DNA of 64,000 bases from Cyanophora paradoxa CCMP329 (lineage: Eukaryota > Plantae > Glaucophyta): the NCBI GenBank assembly GCA_004431415.1, contig QPMI01000546.1, forward strand, positions 1 to 64,000, read 5' to 3'. Each line of letters opens with the position of its first letter. Within the stretch, counting starts at the first letter, position 1. The translations under genes and the position numbers were made by a program. A model generated the notes under the pieces. The model was not told where the DNA came from, searched no databases, and saw only the letters and a list, made by a program, of their open reading frames with translations. Of the stretch, positions 22,243 through 32,962 are shown piece after piece.

Positions 22243-25200
22243 TTACGGCTTCGAATTCGCATCTCCCCCCTGGGCACTTGCGGGTGTGGCCGCCGGGGCC
22301 GCCGGGGGCGGCGGGGCGGGGCGCTTCTCGACGTGGACCTCGAGGGAGGAGATCCAGTCGAGGAGGAGGCGGAAGAGCTTGTCCCGCTTCACCGGCTTCG
22401 TGCTGTAGTCGTCTGCGCGCGGCCGCAGGCGGCGCGGGCGCCTTCAGTGCCGACATGGAACGAAGTTTCAAAGAAGAGCGCACCCATGCCGGCCTGCAGG
22501 CACTTGGCGCGATCTGCGGCGCGGAGGCGCGAACTCGGCGGGTGCCGCGAAGGCTGAAGGGCGGCCAAGCCCGGCGGGGCGGGGCGCACCGTCGGCGTTG
22601 GCGGCGAAGGCGGTGACGGCGATGACGGGGTGCCGGGGCAGCCCCAGCTCCGCCTCTGCGGCACCGGCGCGTGAGACACGAGACACGGAGAGCTTTGTGC
22701 ATGGAAAAGGGAAGCGGGGCGAGGCGCACCGATGGCCCGTATCCGTTGCGTCGCCTCGTACCTGCGCGGGGCCCGCGTCAGGCGCGAGGCAGCGGGCCCA
22801 GCGGCGGCGCGTCGCTCGCCCGTTCATCCGCGGCATCTGCGGGGCAGGGCAGAGCAGGCGGAGTCAGGCCGGGAAGCGGGCGGGCCGAGCTAGACAAGCA
22901 ACGGGCCGACCTCGCAGTCCATGCACACGACCGTGAAGGCCTTCGCAGCGGGGCGCGGCGGCGTCAGAGCGCGGCGGAAATCTTCAGGATTTCGGAGGGC
23001 GGCAGGGAGGGGCGGCGCACGTGCGCGGAGCTCCCCCCCTTGTCCTTCACCTCCTGCAGCCTGTGCCGAGCGGAAAGGGTCAAGACGACCACGAGAGCCA
23101 GGGGCGCGCGAGGGGGAAGGGCACCGCTGGCGGGCGCGGGCCTCGAAGACCTCGGCGGCCTCGACGCCGTCCTTGGCGCGCGTGGCGCGCCACCCGACGT
23201 TCTCGAGCATCGCGCACAGCACCTTCATGTTGATCGGGTTGTCTGCCGCGCCGAGGGTGAGAGCGGCCCCGCCGGGCGGGCGGGCGGGCGCGGCCGCGTC
23301 TCGCGCGGGAATTCGGGCGGAAATTGGGCGCGCGCGCGGGCGGGCGCGCCTTCGGCGACGAGGACGTCGAGGACGACCTCCTCGGGCCGCAGCTGCTCCC
23401 GCGGCCGCGGCTCCGGCCCCGTCACCCTCAGCGCCGGGGGGGCCGGCGCAGGGGCCGCCGCGGGGGCTGGCGGCGGCGCGGGAGCGGAGGGCGCGGCGGC
23501 GGGCGACAGCGGCTCGCCGGCCTGGCGGGTCGGGCGGGGCAGGAGGACGGGCGCCGGCGGGGCCTCGTCGGGCGGGTCGGCGTCGAGGGGCACGGCGGCG
23601 CGGAACTGGGCGATGGTCGCCAGCAGCTGCGACCGCACGATCGGCTTGTGCAGGTGCGCGTCCTGTTTGCAGAGAAGCGGCTCAGTCGGATCGAACCGGG
23701 GGCGCTGGGGCGGGGCGGGGCGCGCGGGCACCATGCCGGCCTGGAGGCAGCGGCGCTCGTCCTCGGGCAGCACGCTCGCCGTGAGGGCCTGCCGGCGCAC
23801 GCGGCCGTGGCTCGGCCGAGGCGAGGGGCGGGGGGAGCGCAGCGCAGAATCAAGGGCTGGGCGCACGACGATGGGGTGCCTGCAGATTCCTGCGGATGCA
23901 GAAACCAATGACGCGGTCAGGGATCGCAAGGCCGGGTGGCGGCGCGGCAGCCGAGGGCGGGCGAGCGGAGGGCACGTGCACGGACCCGACGCCGCCTCAA
24001 TGGCGCGGATCTCGCGCGTCGCAGTGAGCCTGCGCACCCGCAGCCGCGCCACCTCAGCACCGGCCACGCTCGCTCGCTCGCTCAGCCACGCATACGCACC
24101 CGTCCTGTGAAGCGAAGAGGAGGCGGAAGGGAAGGGGGGGCAGGGCCGCAGGTCAGTAACGGGTCGGGGCGGCGCGCGCGCCGCTGCGCAGCGCGGCGCC
24201 TGTCACCTTTGTCGGCATCTGCGGCGGCGGCGTCAGACGTTATTCAAGACTCTTCTTCGAAGACAACTCAAGGATGCTTTGAGAGAGAAACGCTTCGAAC
24301 TCGCCTCGAAGTCCATGAGGATGACGTCGAAGGCGCGCAGCTTGGCGGGGCGCGGGGCCGGCCCCGCCCCGGGGGCCGGCGGCTCGCCGGAGAGGGGCTG
24401 CGGGGAGTGCGCGGCGTGGATACGGTTGACGGCCCTCACGAACTCGTCCACGGCCTGCGGGGCGGGGCCGGCCGCTCAGCTCAGCTCAGCCCGCTCAGCT
24501 CGGCTTAGCTGAGCTTCGCCCAGATGGACGAGGGTGAAGGAGGGGCGGCGGCACCTCCTGGCCATCCCCGGCGACCGTCACCGTGTGCCCCGCCTGCCGC
24601 CCGTCAGATCATCCTCGGAGCAGAGGGCGGGCGGGGGCGGAGGGCGCCGCGCCTTCTCGAGCATGGCCTTCACGATGCGCATGTTGATCTGGTTGTCCTC
24701 CGCCACCTGGCGCCCCCCGCGCGTCGGCCGAGCTTGCTAGGGCCAAAAGCGCGCGGGCGGGCGGGCATCGCGGGCGGGGCGCCGCACCAGGATGCGGGCC
24801 GGCTGGGACGCCGGCTGGTTCAGCGGCTGCCCGTATTGATCCGAGAAGTTCTGCGCGCCCCGCGGCCCGTCAGATCGGGCGGCATCGAACCGGCTGCCTT
24901 CCTTCCCATCCTCCCCGCCCGCCCTCGCTCGCGCGCAGCGGAGCGGAGGGGGAATCCAGTGCAAGCTCCGGGCTGCCCAGGCCGCCGCGCGCGCACCAGG
25001 ACGGTGTCGCAGCCGGCGCTCGAGGCGCGCCGCGTCCTCCGCACGGCCCCGGGCAGCTGCAGCTCCTCCCAGCCCGGGCCCGCCCCCGCCTCCGGCTCCG
25101 GCTCCGCCTGCGCCCCGCCCCGTCGGCGCCTGGACTCTCCAGGGGCGAGACGCGGGCCGGGGCGAAGGCGGGCCTTGACGAGCGGGGACGAGTAGCGGCG

Positions 25201-28200
25201 CCGGGACCGGGAGCCGTCGCCGGGCTCGCCCAGCGACTCGGCGTTGGACCTGCCGCGCCCCCGCCATCAGCGCGGGGCGGCAGAGGCCACCGCGGCCGGG
25301 GCCGGGGCGCGCGCTCGCCTTGGCGACTCCTGGCCGCCCTCGCTGGAGACGGCGGAGGACTTGCGGGGGCGGCCGAAGCCGAGCGCCGAGAGGCCCGACA
25401 TGCCGAGGGGCGAGGGCGGCGCCAGGGCCGGCGGGGCGACCTCAAGAGGCAGCACCACCCAGAAGGTGCTCCCTGCGCGCCCACCCCGCTGCTGTCAGCC
25501 GGTGCCGGCGCGGCCCCCAAGGGGCGTGCGGGGGGAGGCGCGCCGGTGCCCGGGGCCGACTTGACGCCGACGGTGCCGCCCCAGCGCGTCGCGATCTCCT
25601 TGCAGATCGCCAGCCTGCCGCCGCCCCCTCAGAAAGAGTGCGGCGCGGCCGAGGCGCGGCGGGCGGACCCGAGGCCGGTGCCGCCGGGGTCCTGGCGCGT
25701 GCGGTCCAGCACACGGAAGAAGCGCTGCGCCGCGCCCCGTCAGGCCCGCCTCCCTTTGGGCGGGGCGGAGCGGGCGGGCCTGGAAGAGCTGCGGCTGGTC
25801 CTCCGCGCGGATCCCGAACCCGTCGTCCTCCACCTGCCCCGCCGCGTCCGATCACTTCTTCTTCGTCGCCTCTTTCGTGCACCCCGCCCAGGGGCGCCGC
25901 ACCTCGAAGACAACCTCGACGTTGTTGCCCTTGTGGCAGCGGGGGTACGCCCGCACCACCAGGTTGCCCCCCTCCTGCGCGCGGGGTGAGCGGCAACGAC
26001 GACGCGAGGTTTCCTTTCGGGGACTCGAACCGGCGTGAACTTCACTCCCTGCAGCGCGGAACGAGGAAACGCGCAAGTCAGCGGCGTCCGCCAGTGGATG
26101 CCGACGATCAGGTCAGGTCAGAGGGCGACGACAAAGAAGCGCACGTTGCTGCGGCGCGAAACACGCAGTCAGAACGAGGGCGGGACGGGCTCGCGCGAGG
26201 GGCTCCGGGGCTCACCTGAGGTAGTTGAGGAGGATCTGCTGCAGGCGCTGCGGGGGGCGCCGCCGGGGCCGCCCGCTCAGCGAAGAAAAGGCAAAGGCGA
26301 AGCGCAGCACGGCGCAGCGCGGCGTGGCGCGGCGTAGCGGAGGGGAGGGGAGGGGAGGGGAGGGGGCCGACCTCGGGGTCGCCGCAGACGTCGGGGAGGC
26401 GGTTGGAGACATCGACGCGGATGTTGATCGCCTTGGCCGTCGCCTGCGCCCCGCGCCGGGGAGCGTGAGCCGCAGGTGCGGGTGCGGGGCGGCCCCCGGG
26501 GCGGGGCGGCGCCCCGGGCCGCTCGGGCACCTTGGGCTGGACGACCATGACCGCCGCGTTGACGCTCCGCGCCACGTTGAACCGCACCTGCCGCCGCCGC
26601 CCTCAGCCGCCCGCTCTTCTCGGCGGGGCGGGGGGCGGGGGGCGCGGGGGGCACCGAGTCGAGGGTCATCTTGCCCGCCTCGATGCGGTTGATGTCCAGG
26701 ATGTCGCTGGGGGAGGCCGGGGGATGAGGGGGGTGGGGGGGGAGGGGGGGGAGGGGCGGTGCGGAGGGCCCGGGGCGCACTTGATGCTGCGCGGGGGTAA
26801 GCGGGCGGAGGGTGGGGGCTGGGGGGCTGGCGGGGGTGCGCACAGGTTCAGGAGGTGCTCCCCGCTGCGCATCGCCCCGTCCACGTAGTCCCGCTGCGTA
26901 CCCCGCCGCTCAGCGCTGCCCCAGAGGGGCGGGGGAGGCGGAGGGGGGGGAAGGGGGTACCGCGGCGGGGTGCATGGGGTAGTCCTTGGCCAGCTGGAGC
27001 ATACCCCTGCAGGCGCGGGGGGCTCGGGCGGGCGGGGTGCGGGAACGGGGAAGGGGGGGCGGCCGGGTCGGGCCGGACGCACAGCACGCCGTTCTGCGCG
27101 GGGCGGTCAGAGGAGCGGCCGGCAGGGAGAGCAGGCGGGAGGGGCGCACCAGGGGTGTCCTCATCTCGTGGCTGCGCGGGGCGGGGAGGGGCGGAGCGGA
27201 CGGGCGACAGGAGTCAGCAGGGGCGCAGAGCAAGCGCGCTACCGTCGGGGGGCCCGAGGCTCCTCCTCCGCGCCCCTACTATCCCCTGGAGGTGCGTACC
27301 TCATTGTGGCGAGGAACTTGCGGGTCTCCTCGGCGCGGATCTCCGCCTTGAGCTTGCTCTTCCGCTCCGTCAGGTCCGTCTGCGCCCCCCGCCCGCCAGC
27401 CAGGATCAGATAGAACCAATTCGGATCGGGTGGGGGGCGGCGGGGCGGGGCGGGGCGGACGCAGATGCAGCAGACGCCGCAGACGCCGCCGCCCTGCGGG
27501 TCCAGCCGCGTCACCGCTCGCATCAGGATCTCCATCGGCTGCGCGGGGTCCGTCAGAGGGCGGTCCCTCGACTTCGACGCGTCGCCAGGGGGGAGGGGCG
27601 ACCTGGTGGGCGTGGTCGCGGGAGCGCGTCGTGAACTCGAACTCGCGGGAGCCGATCGCCTTCCCCACCGCCGCCGCCTGCCCCGCGGTGTGGGGGGGCG
27701 CCGGCGCGGGGCGGGCCGGGGCGGGCGGGGTCGGGGGAAGGGACGGACGAGGAGGACGCCGCGGGCCTCGTTGGCCTGCATCTCCGACACCATCGCATCC
27801 ACGAAGTCCTGCGGAGAAGGCGTCCCCGTCAGGCCCCGAACGAGGGGGCCGGCCCCTGCTTCCCCGCCCCGCCCAGCGGACCTGGCCGAGAACGGAGGCG
27901 CGGGTGAGCCCGAAGAGCTCCTCCGCCCGCGGGTTCCTGCCCCCGCCCGGCGCGCTCAGGTGGAGAGGAGAAAGGAGGCGGGGGGAGGGAGCGGGGCGGG
28001 GCACCAGTCGACGACGCGGAGCTCGCGGGAGAGGGTCACGATGGGCACCGTCACCGCCTCCATCAGCTGCCGCAGGTCTGCCCCGCCGCGCCGCGCCGGG
28101 GCGGGTTAGATGGGGTTGGATCGGGCGGGGGGGCGGGGAAGGGGCACCCTGGGAGACGAGCTTGAGCTGGCGCGAGATGCCGAGCTTCTCGTTCAGGTTC

Positions 28201-31200
28201 CACACGCTCTTCTGCGCGGGACTCAGCCGCGAGGGGCGGGGCGGCAGGTGCGCGTGCGCCACGCGCCAGCACGTCGACGGAGGCGATGTCCCCCGGCGCG
28301 AACTGCTCGCTGTGGCCCTTCGTGTACTCCACCCTGGAAAGGGGGGGAGGGGGTTTAGGGCGGCAGGGTACAGGTGCGGGGGGCGGTAGGGGCACCAGAG
28401 CTCGAAGGACTCGCGGGGCGTGAGGTGCCGCGCGGGGCTCTGCGGCCGTACCCCGTCGACGGGGGGCGGGGCGGCGGGAGGGGTACGGGCGCCGCGCGCA
28501 CGGTGAGGTCCTGCTCGCGCCCCGCCCACTGCCGCACGAGGGAGACCTCCTCGCGGAAGTACATCACGTAGGCACCTGTACCCCACCCCGTGAGCTCCTC
28601 GCCGGCACCCGTACCCCCCGGTTGCTTTGCGCACCGGGGGAGAGGCGGACGCCGAGGAAGCCGCAGAGGCCGGCGGGGGGCGCGACCCTCGCCGGCATGT
28701 GCCGTCCCTGCGCGATCGACCCGTCAAAATCGGAAGCGAAGAGCAAAGGGGCCGGATAAACCGCCCGTCGCACCCAGCAGTTCGTGTGGACGACCTCGGG
28801 CTCGCCCCGGCGCGCCTTCTCCTCGCACGCCCGCTCCAGGAACGACCCCAGCGCCAGCAGCTGCCCGGGGGGCGCGTCGGGCGGGCGGGGCGTGGGGGAG
28901 GGCGAGGGGCGGCGCGGGCGCACGTCCTTGGTCGACGGGACGTGCCCCAGCGTGTTGACGGTCGCCTGGGGGAGAAGGAGGGGAGCAGGTCACGGCGACG
29001 ACGAGGAGGGCCGGGGCCGGGGCCGGGGCCGGGGGCGGCGGGCGGGGCGCGCGTGCCTGAGACTCGTCCTCGGCGAGGGCGGCGGCGGCGGCGGCGGCCG
29101 GCCCCGGCCCGTTCAGAACGAGGAGGGCCACCCCCGCGCAGGGCAGCAGGTCCTGCGCGCCGGCCCCCCTCAGCCCTCCCTCTCCCCGCGGGCCCGGGCC
29201 GGGCTCGGGAGGGCGGACCTTGACGTTGGGGGAGCAGTTGAAGAGGGCCTCGGTGAACGTCCGCGCCATCGCCGAGTCCTGCCGGGGCCAGAATGAGGGG
29301 GGCGGGGCGGGGTGGGGGCGAGGGGGAGCAGGGAACGAATGCGGACCCGGGCGGACTCGAGGATGAGGCCGTGGAGCTCGCGGGCGCGCGTCTCGTGCCG
29401 GCGGTACTGCTTCTCCAGCACGTACGAGATCTGCGAGGAGAGCACCTGCGGGGGGCGTTCCTCAGCCGGGGCCGTCCCTCCCCTCCAGGAGGCCCCCGTC
29501 CCCCCGGGGGCCGCCGGGCGGGGGGTACCATCACGAAGTTGTTGCAGGCGAGGCGGAGGCGCCGGTCGCAGTGCTTCGGAGAGTAGTTGTGGCTGCGCGG
29601 GGCGGGGCGATGAGTTAGCGCGCGTGCCGCCAAGGAAGGGGGAGGCGGCGGGGTACGGCGCACCAGACGAAGAGCCCCCACATGTTCCCCGAGACGACGA
29701 TCGCGTTCACGATCGTCGCTTGTACCCCCTGCCCCAAAGTTCGAACGGGGGGGGGGGGAAGGGTCGCGGGGCCGGGGTAGGGTTACCATATGCTTCAGGT
29801 ACTGGAGATGGCCTGGGGGAAATAGGATCAGGACAGGAAGGAAGGAGAGCAGACGGGCGGGCGGGGCCGCACATTGGGAGACGGAGCGGAGGGAAGAGCG
29901 CGCGAGGTCGAGGGGGGGCTCGTCGGGCGCCGAGAGGATGGGCACGGGGTCTGTGGGGCGCGCGCGGGAGGGCAGGGCCTGAGTCTGGGGAGGGAAGGGC
30001 GAGCAAGCGGGCGGGGCACCGGCGTTGACGTCGGGGATGCTGCGGAAGCGGTTGAGGAGGAAGAGCTCGCGCGCCGCCGGCGGGATGTCCTGCCCCCCCG
30101 CGCAGCGTCCAGTGCGGCCCGGCGGGGCGGGGCGGGGCGGGGCGGACCATGCCGGGGAAGGACATGCCGAGGAACGAGCCGCGGCTCGTGTCCTTCAGGC
30201 TCTCCGCCACCACCTCGCCGTCCCCCGACGCGTCGAACCGGTAGATCATGCACCTGCCGAGGGGCGAGGGCATGGGGGCGGAGCTGGGGGCGGAGCTGGC
30301 CGGGGGCGGACCGGTCGAAGCGGACGATGTCGTTCGCCTCGTCGATGAGCTGCCGCACCAGCACCTCCACGCTCGTCGCCTCCTCCGCGCACACTGCGAG
30401 GCCGCCCCCGCCCCCGCTCTGAGCCGAGGGCCCCCGCCCTTCTTCCTCTTTGCAGGGGCGGGCGGGCGGGCGCACGCATGGAGCGGGCGGAGAGGCCGGC
30501 CAACTCGTCCGTCGGCGCCCCCAGCGCCCCCGCCGGCACCGTCCTGCGCCCCGCTCGCCCCGGCGGGGGGCGGCGGCGGGAGGGAGGGGGGAGGGGGGGG
30601 GGCGGACGAGGGGTACACGGGCTCGAGCTCGAGGACGGCCTCGCGGCCAGCGCGGCCGCCCGGGAAGTGCAGGAGGCCCATCCACTCTGAGGCGCGCGCG
30701 GCGGTGAGCGGGGCGATGGGCGGATCGAAAGCGGAGCGGATTGGAGAGAAGAGCCGAGCGCGGGCCGCACCGACGCCGTTCGCGGTTGCGATGAGCAGCT
30801 CGACGGGCGCGGCGCCGGCGCCGCCGGGCACCGGGGAGGACGCTCCGTCGGTCCGCACGGCGAACTGGTACCTGCGAGAGGGCTCGGCACGCGGGAGAGC
30901 GCCTTCCGCGACGCGATCTTCGGTGGAGAGCGCACCGCGCGATGGCGCCGACGACGGCGGCCATCGACTCGGGCTGGAGGACGGCCGAGAGCGGGCCGCC
31001 CAGCGCCGAGTCCGCGTCTACCCCGGCCATCTCCAGGAGGTTCGCGGAGACTCGCCGCACGACGGGCGAGCCGCCCGCCGCCGTGTCCGTCTCCACTGCG
31101 CAGCACTCAGCGCGCTCTATCGTTCACCGAGCGCGGACGGCGCTGCGCGTACGGGCGAGGAGGACGCCGTGCCCTTGGATGGCGTTGACGTGACGCAGGG

Positions 31201-31461
31201 AAGCGGGGTCCTGCGCGTGGGGATGAGAACGGTGCCAAGCTCCGAGAGCGCCTGCAGCTCGCGCACCCGCCAGTACGGCGGAAGCTGGCTCAACCGCCGC
31301 TTCTCCAAGCCGGGCCGATCTAGCTGTGGTTCGCTCGTCAAACTACCCGACGACGCGATCGCCGGCCGCTCGTCCCCGTGCCCCGACGAGCCCGCGCGTC
31401 CCCGTGCCGAGTCGGAGCGCGGGACGGCGAGGCCTGCGGCCGCAGGAGCAGACGAATCCAT
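22243..31461 (-). CDS. Phytochrome, PAS-GAF-PHY-PAS-HisKA-HATPase-REC-REC (glaucophyte-type), multi-exon
   Basis: Spliced motifs: IQGHGVLL; DRCMIYRFDASGDGEVVAES; FPGMDIPPAAR; LRSVSQC|HLQYLKHM (bilin-binding Cys-His); PRESFELW; SHEMRTPLNG; LINDILD; LSNGVKFT; VEDDGFGI; GGTGLGLAICK; two receiver domains (VAEDN...DVILMD; VAEDN...VVCMD...KPV). Confidence 0.95.
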
Positions 31462-32444
31462 CCCCACGGTCTCGTACGCGCCGCCGCGCTTGTTTTTGGA
31501 GCCGGCACGCCGCGGCCGACGCGCGGATGGTTTGACTCCTCGGGCTGGTAATCAGCGCTGCTCTGCCGTTTCGATCTAAGAACTTCGGGCTCAACGCTGC
31601 GTGGATGCCCCGCAGTTCGGGGATCCCTGCAGGAGGGCGGGGCGAGCGGGGATTCTCGCGGGCTGAGTGCTTGATGGGTTTCGAGGGAGCTGGGCGGAGC
31701 CGAACCCAGGTCTTGGCGATGGGACTACCCGCCCGTTGCAAACTTGTCGGTGCTATACGCATGGAAATTGTCTGGGGCCGCGCGCACTCCGCGGCCCGCG
31801 GTAACGGTTCGCGGACCGTCAAGGTCGACAAATAGACGACAATCATTTTGAATAGCGATAGACGAAAAAGCGATAGACGACTGTGAATAAGGCTGGTGCT
31901 GGCCAATCGCAAGGCCCGCTGAGGGTCCGCAAGCTCGCAGTCATGTTGGACACATTCATTCGTATCCCGTCACGTGCGTTCCCCTTCTAGCTTTCAAGTT
32001 TAGCCGAGCCCAACAACTTGGCTCTAGGCGCTAGGCGCCGGCAACTTCCGGCAAGTTGGCTTAAGCTTCCGAAGTTCTAAGTTCTACGGTCTTCTACCGT
32101 AGTACCTTCACTGGAGTCAGCTTCGAATTCGAAGGTAAATTCTAAGCAGGTATCATAGATAGTTGAAACGTTTGTTACAAGTTACGTACCATAAGGAATA
32201 GATAAACATGATTAAGGGCCGCGTTCGTGGAGTTCATAATTCTCCGATAAATTTAATTTCTTCAGCGATTTGGCGGCGATTTGGCGCTGCCCCGACTCCT
32301 GCTGGCACTGCCACAGTCTGCCAGGCTGTGCTGCCAGTGGCCAGTGGCCACTGCTGGGCCCTCCAGTTGCTGGCCCGCTGCCCGCGCGAGCAGCGCCGGG
32401 CACAGGCGCAGCCGCGCCGGCCGGGGCCCGGGGCGCCCTACGGG

Positions 32445-32962
32445 TAGGGTTGCCGCGCTTAAGTTCAAGTGCACTTAAACTTAAGCGTTTAAGTTAAGTT
32501 TAAGTTTTAGTTTAAGCGGCCTGCTTAAACTTAAGCTTAAACGGGGACACTCCCGGTTCGAATCCCGGGGGCAGAACCCCCGGAAACCCCCTCAAAACGA
32601 TGTCAGATGTGCAGAAAACATGCTGTATGCCATCGCCATCGGCTATAAAACTTCTCTGCATTCATAGTGGTCGCAACACTGCCAGTTTCGAGGCTGGGTC
32701 TCCCTCAGAAAGGATTACGTATACCCCCTTCAGAAGCTTCACTGACTGAAACTTCTGGAAAATCGTGTGTTTAGTGATTAAAATCCGTCAGGAAGGCATT
32801 CTAGCATGTCTGTGGCGCGTTTGAGATTGAATCGGTGTCTGTTTCCTCATCATACTGGGTGCTCTTGTATGGACTTAAGTTTAAGCGCTTAAACGCTTAA
32901 GTTTAAGCGCACTTTTAGTTTAAGTGGGGCAGGCTTAAACTTAAGCTTAAACGGCAACCCTA
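32445..32962. mobile_element. hAT-type MITE (518 bp), family 2
   Basis: Perfect 11-bp TIRs TAGGGTTGCCG / CGGCAACCCTA. Exact 8-bp TSD CCTACGGG at 32437-32444 and 32963-32970. Subterminal TTAAG/CTTAA arrays at both ends. Confidence 0.95.

Noticed and set aside
32551-32570. CCCGGTTCGAATCCCGGG tRNA T-arm-like motif inside MITE 2
   Set aside because: Only the T-arm is present, with no D or anticodon arm. At most a captured fragment or isolated B-box.
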